From an uncultured virus (IMG/VR IMGVR_UViG_3300023174_000146) (Duplodnaviria > Heunggongvirae > Uroviricota > Caudoviricetes): DNA of 64,000 bases. The notes under the pieces were generated by a model, which searched no databases, was not told where the DNA came from, and was given only the letters and a program-made list of their open reading frames with translations. The stretch lies in the IMG/VR virus record IMGVR_UViG_3300023174_000146, one strand, 5' to 3'. Both the position numbers and the translations under genes were made by a program. Within the stretch, counting starts at the first letter, position 1; each line of letters begins with the position of its first letter. Below are positions 63,807-64,000 of the stretch, one piece after another.

Positions 63807-64000
63807 TCAATAATCGTAACCAGACACGCCGCCGGAATTGAGAAGCTTTTCAAGCTCTTCTCTCTCACCGACGGTACCGACCACGCCGGCAATCAAATTA
63901 AGTGTGTTCTTATCAAGATTATCAAGAAGAGCGATCAGATTATTAAGAAAATCTATTGAAAGACCACTAGCATTTTTTTTAGCTTTATCATAAAGCAGGT
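63807..64000 (-). CDS. 3' end of a hypothetical gene entering from the window edge
   Basis: Open frame ...LYDKAKKNASGLSIDF...SGYDY*. Confidence 0.5.
   Translation of the reverse strand, partial: LLYDKAKKNASGLSIDFLNNLIALLDNLDKNTLNLIAGVVGTVGEREELEKLLNSGGVSGYDY

Noticed and set aside
1..64000. CRISPR array, DGR/retron reverse transcriptase, integrase or transposase
   Set aside because: No regularly spaced repeat-spacer array or matching catalytic motifs seen by eye; the repeats found are coding or hairpins.

Overview
This window is a 64-kb piece of a very large (jumbo-type) tailed bacteriophage genome. It uses standard code 11, has Shine-Dalgarno sites and dense ATGA/GTGA-coupled genes, and is almost all on the minus strand; only four genes are credibly on the plus strand. 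Recognisable genes are PolX, thioredoxin, ThyX, dUTPase, UvsE, phenylalanine hydroxylase, cysteine synthase, an amidase endolysin, thermonuclease, two cytidylyltransferases, a deaminase, a GIY-YIG nuclease, IMPDH, TilS, ATP-dependent DNA ligase, DnaJ, peptide deformylase, a sigma70-type factor, GroEL and a 5'-3' exonuclease. There are also several fibre-like virion proteins, three tRNA or tRNA-like genes and about 30 small KOW/SH3-like paralogues. Five observations stand out. (1) The sigma70 factor appears split: it stops after region 4.1, and a coupled downstream gene encodes a divergent region-4.2-like HTH. (2) There are two phage promoter classes, GTG(T/C)AA-N17-TAnnnT and ATAnTTA, the second often in a hairpin loop or only 5-8 nt from the ATG. 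(3) About 11 unrelated proteins share an N-terminal M(R/K)I(T/S)xxQLRxII-type leader, possibly a capsid-packaging signal. (4) One tRNA-like RNA (CCU loop) has no D-arm. (5) A long-variable-arm CAU tRNA carries TilS determinants, and a phage TilS lies nearby. All assignments come from reading motifs by eye; no database searches were run.
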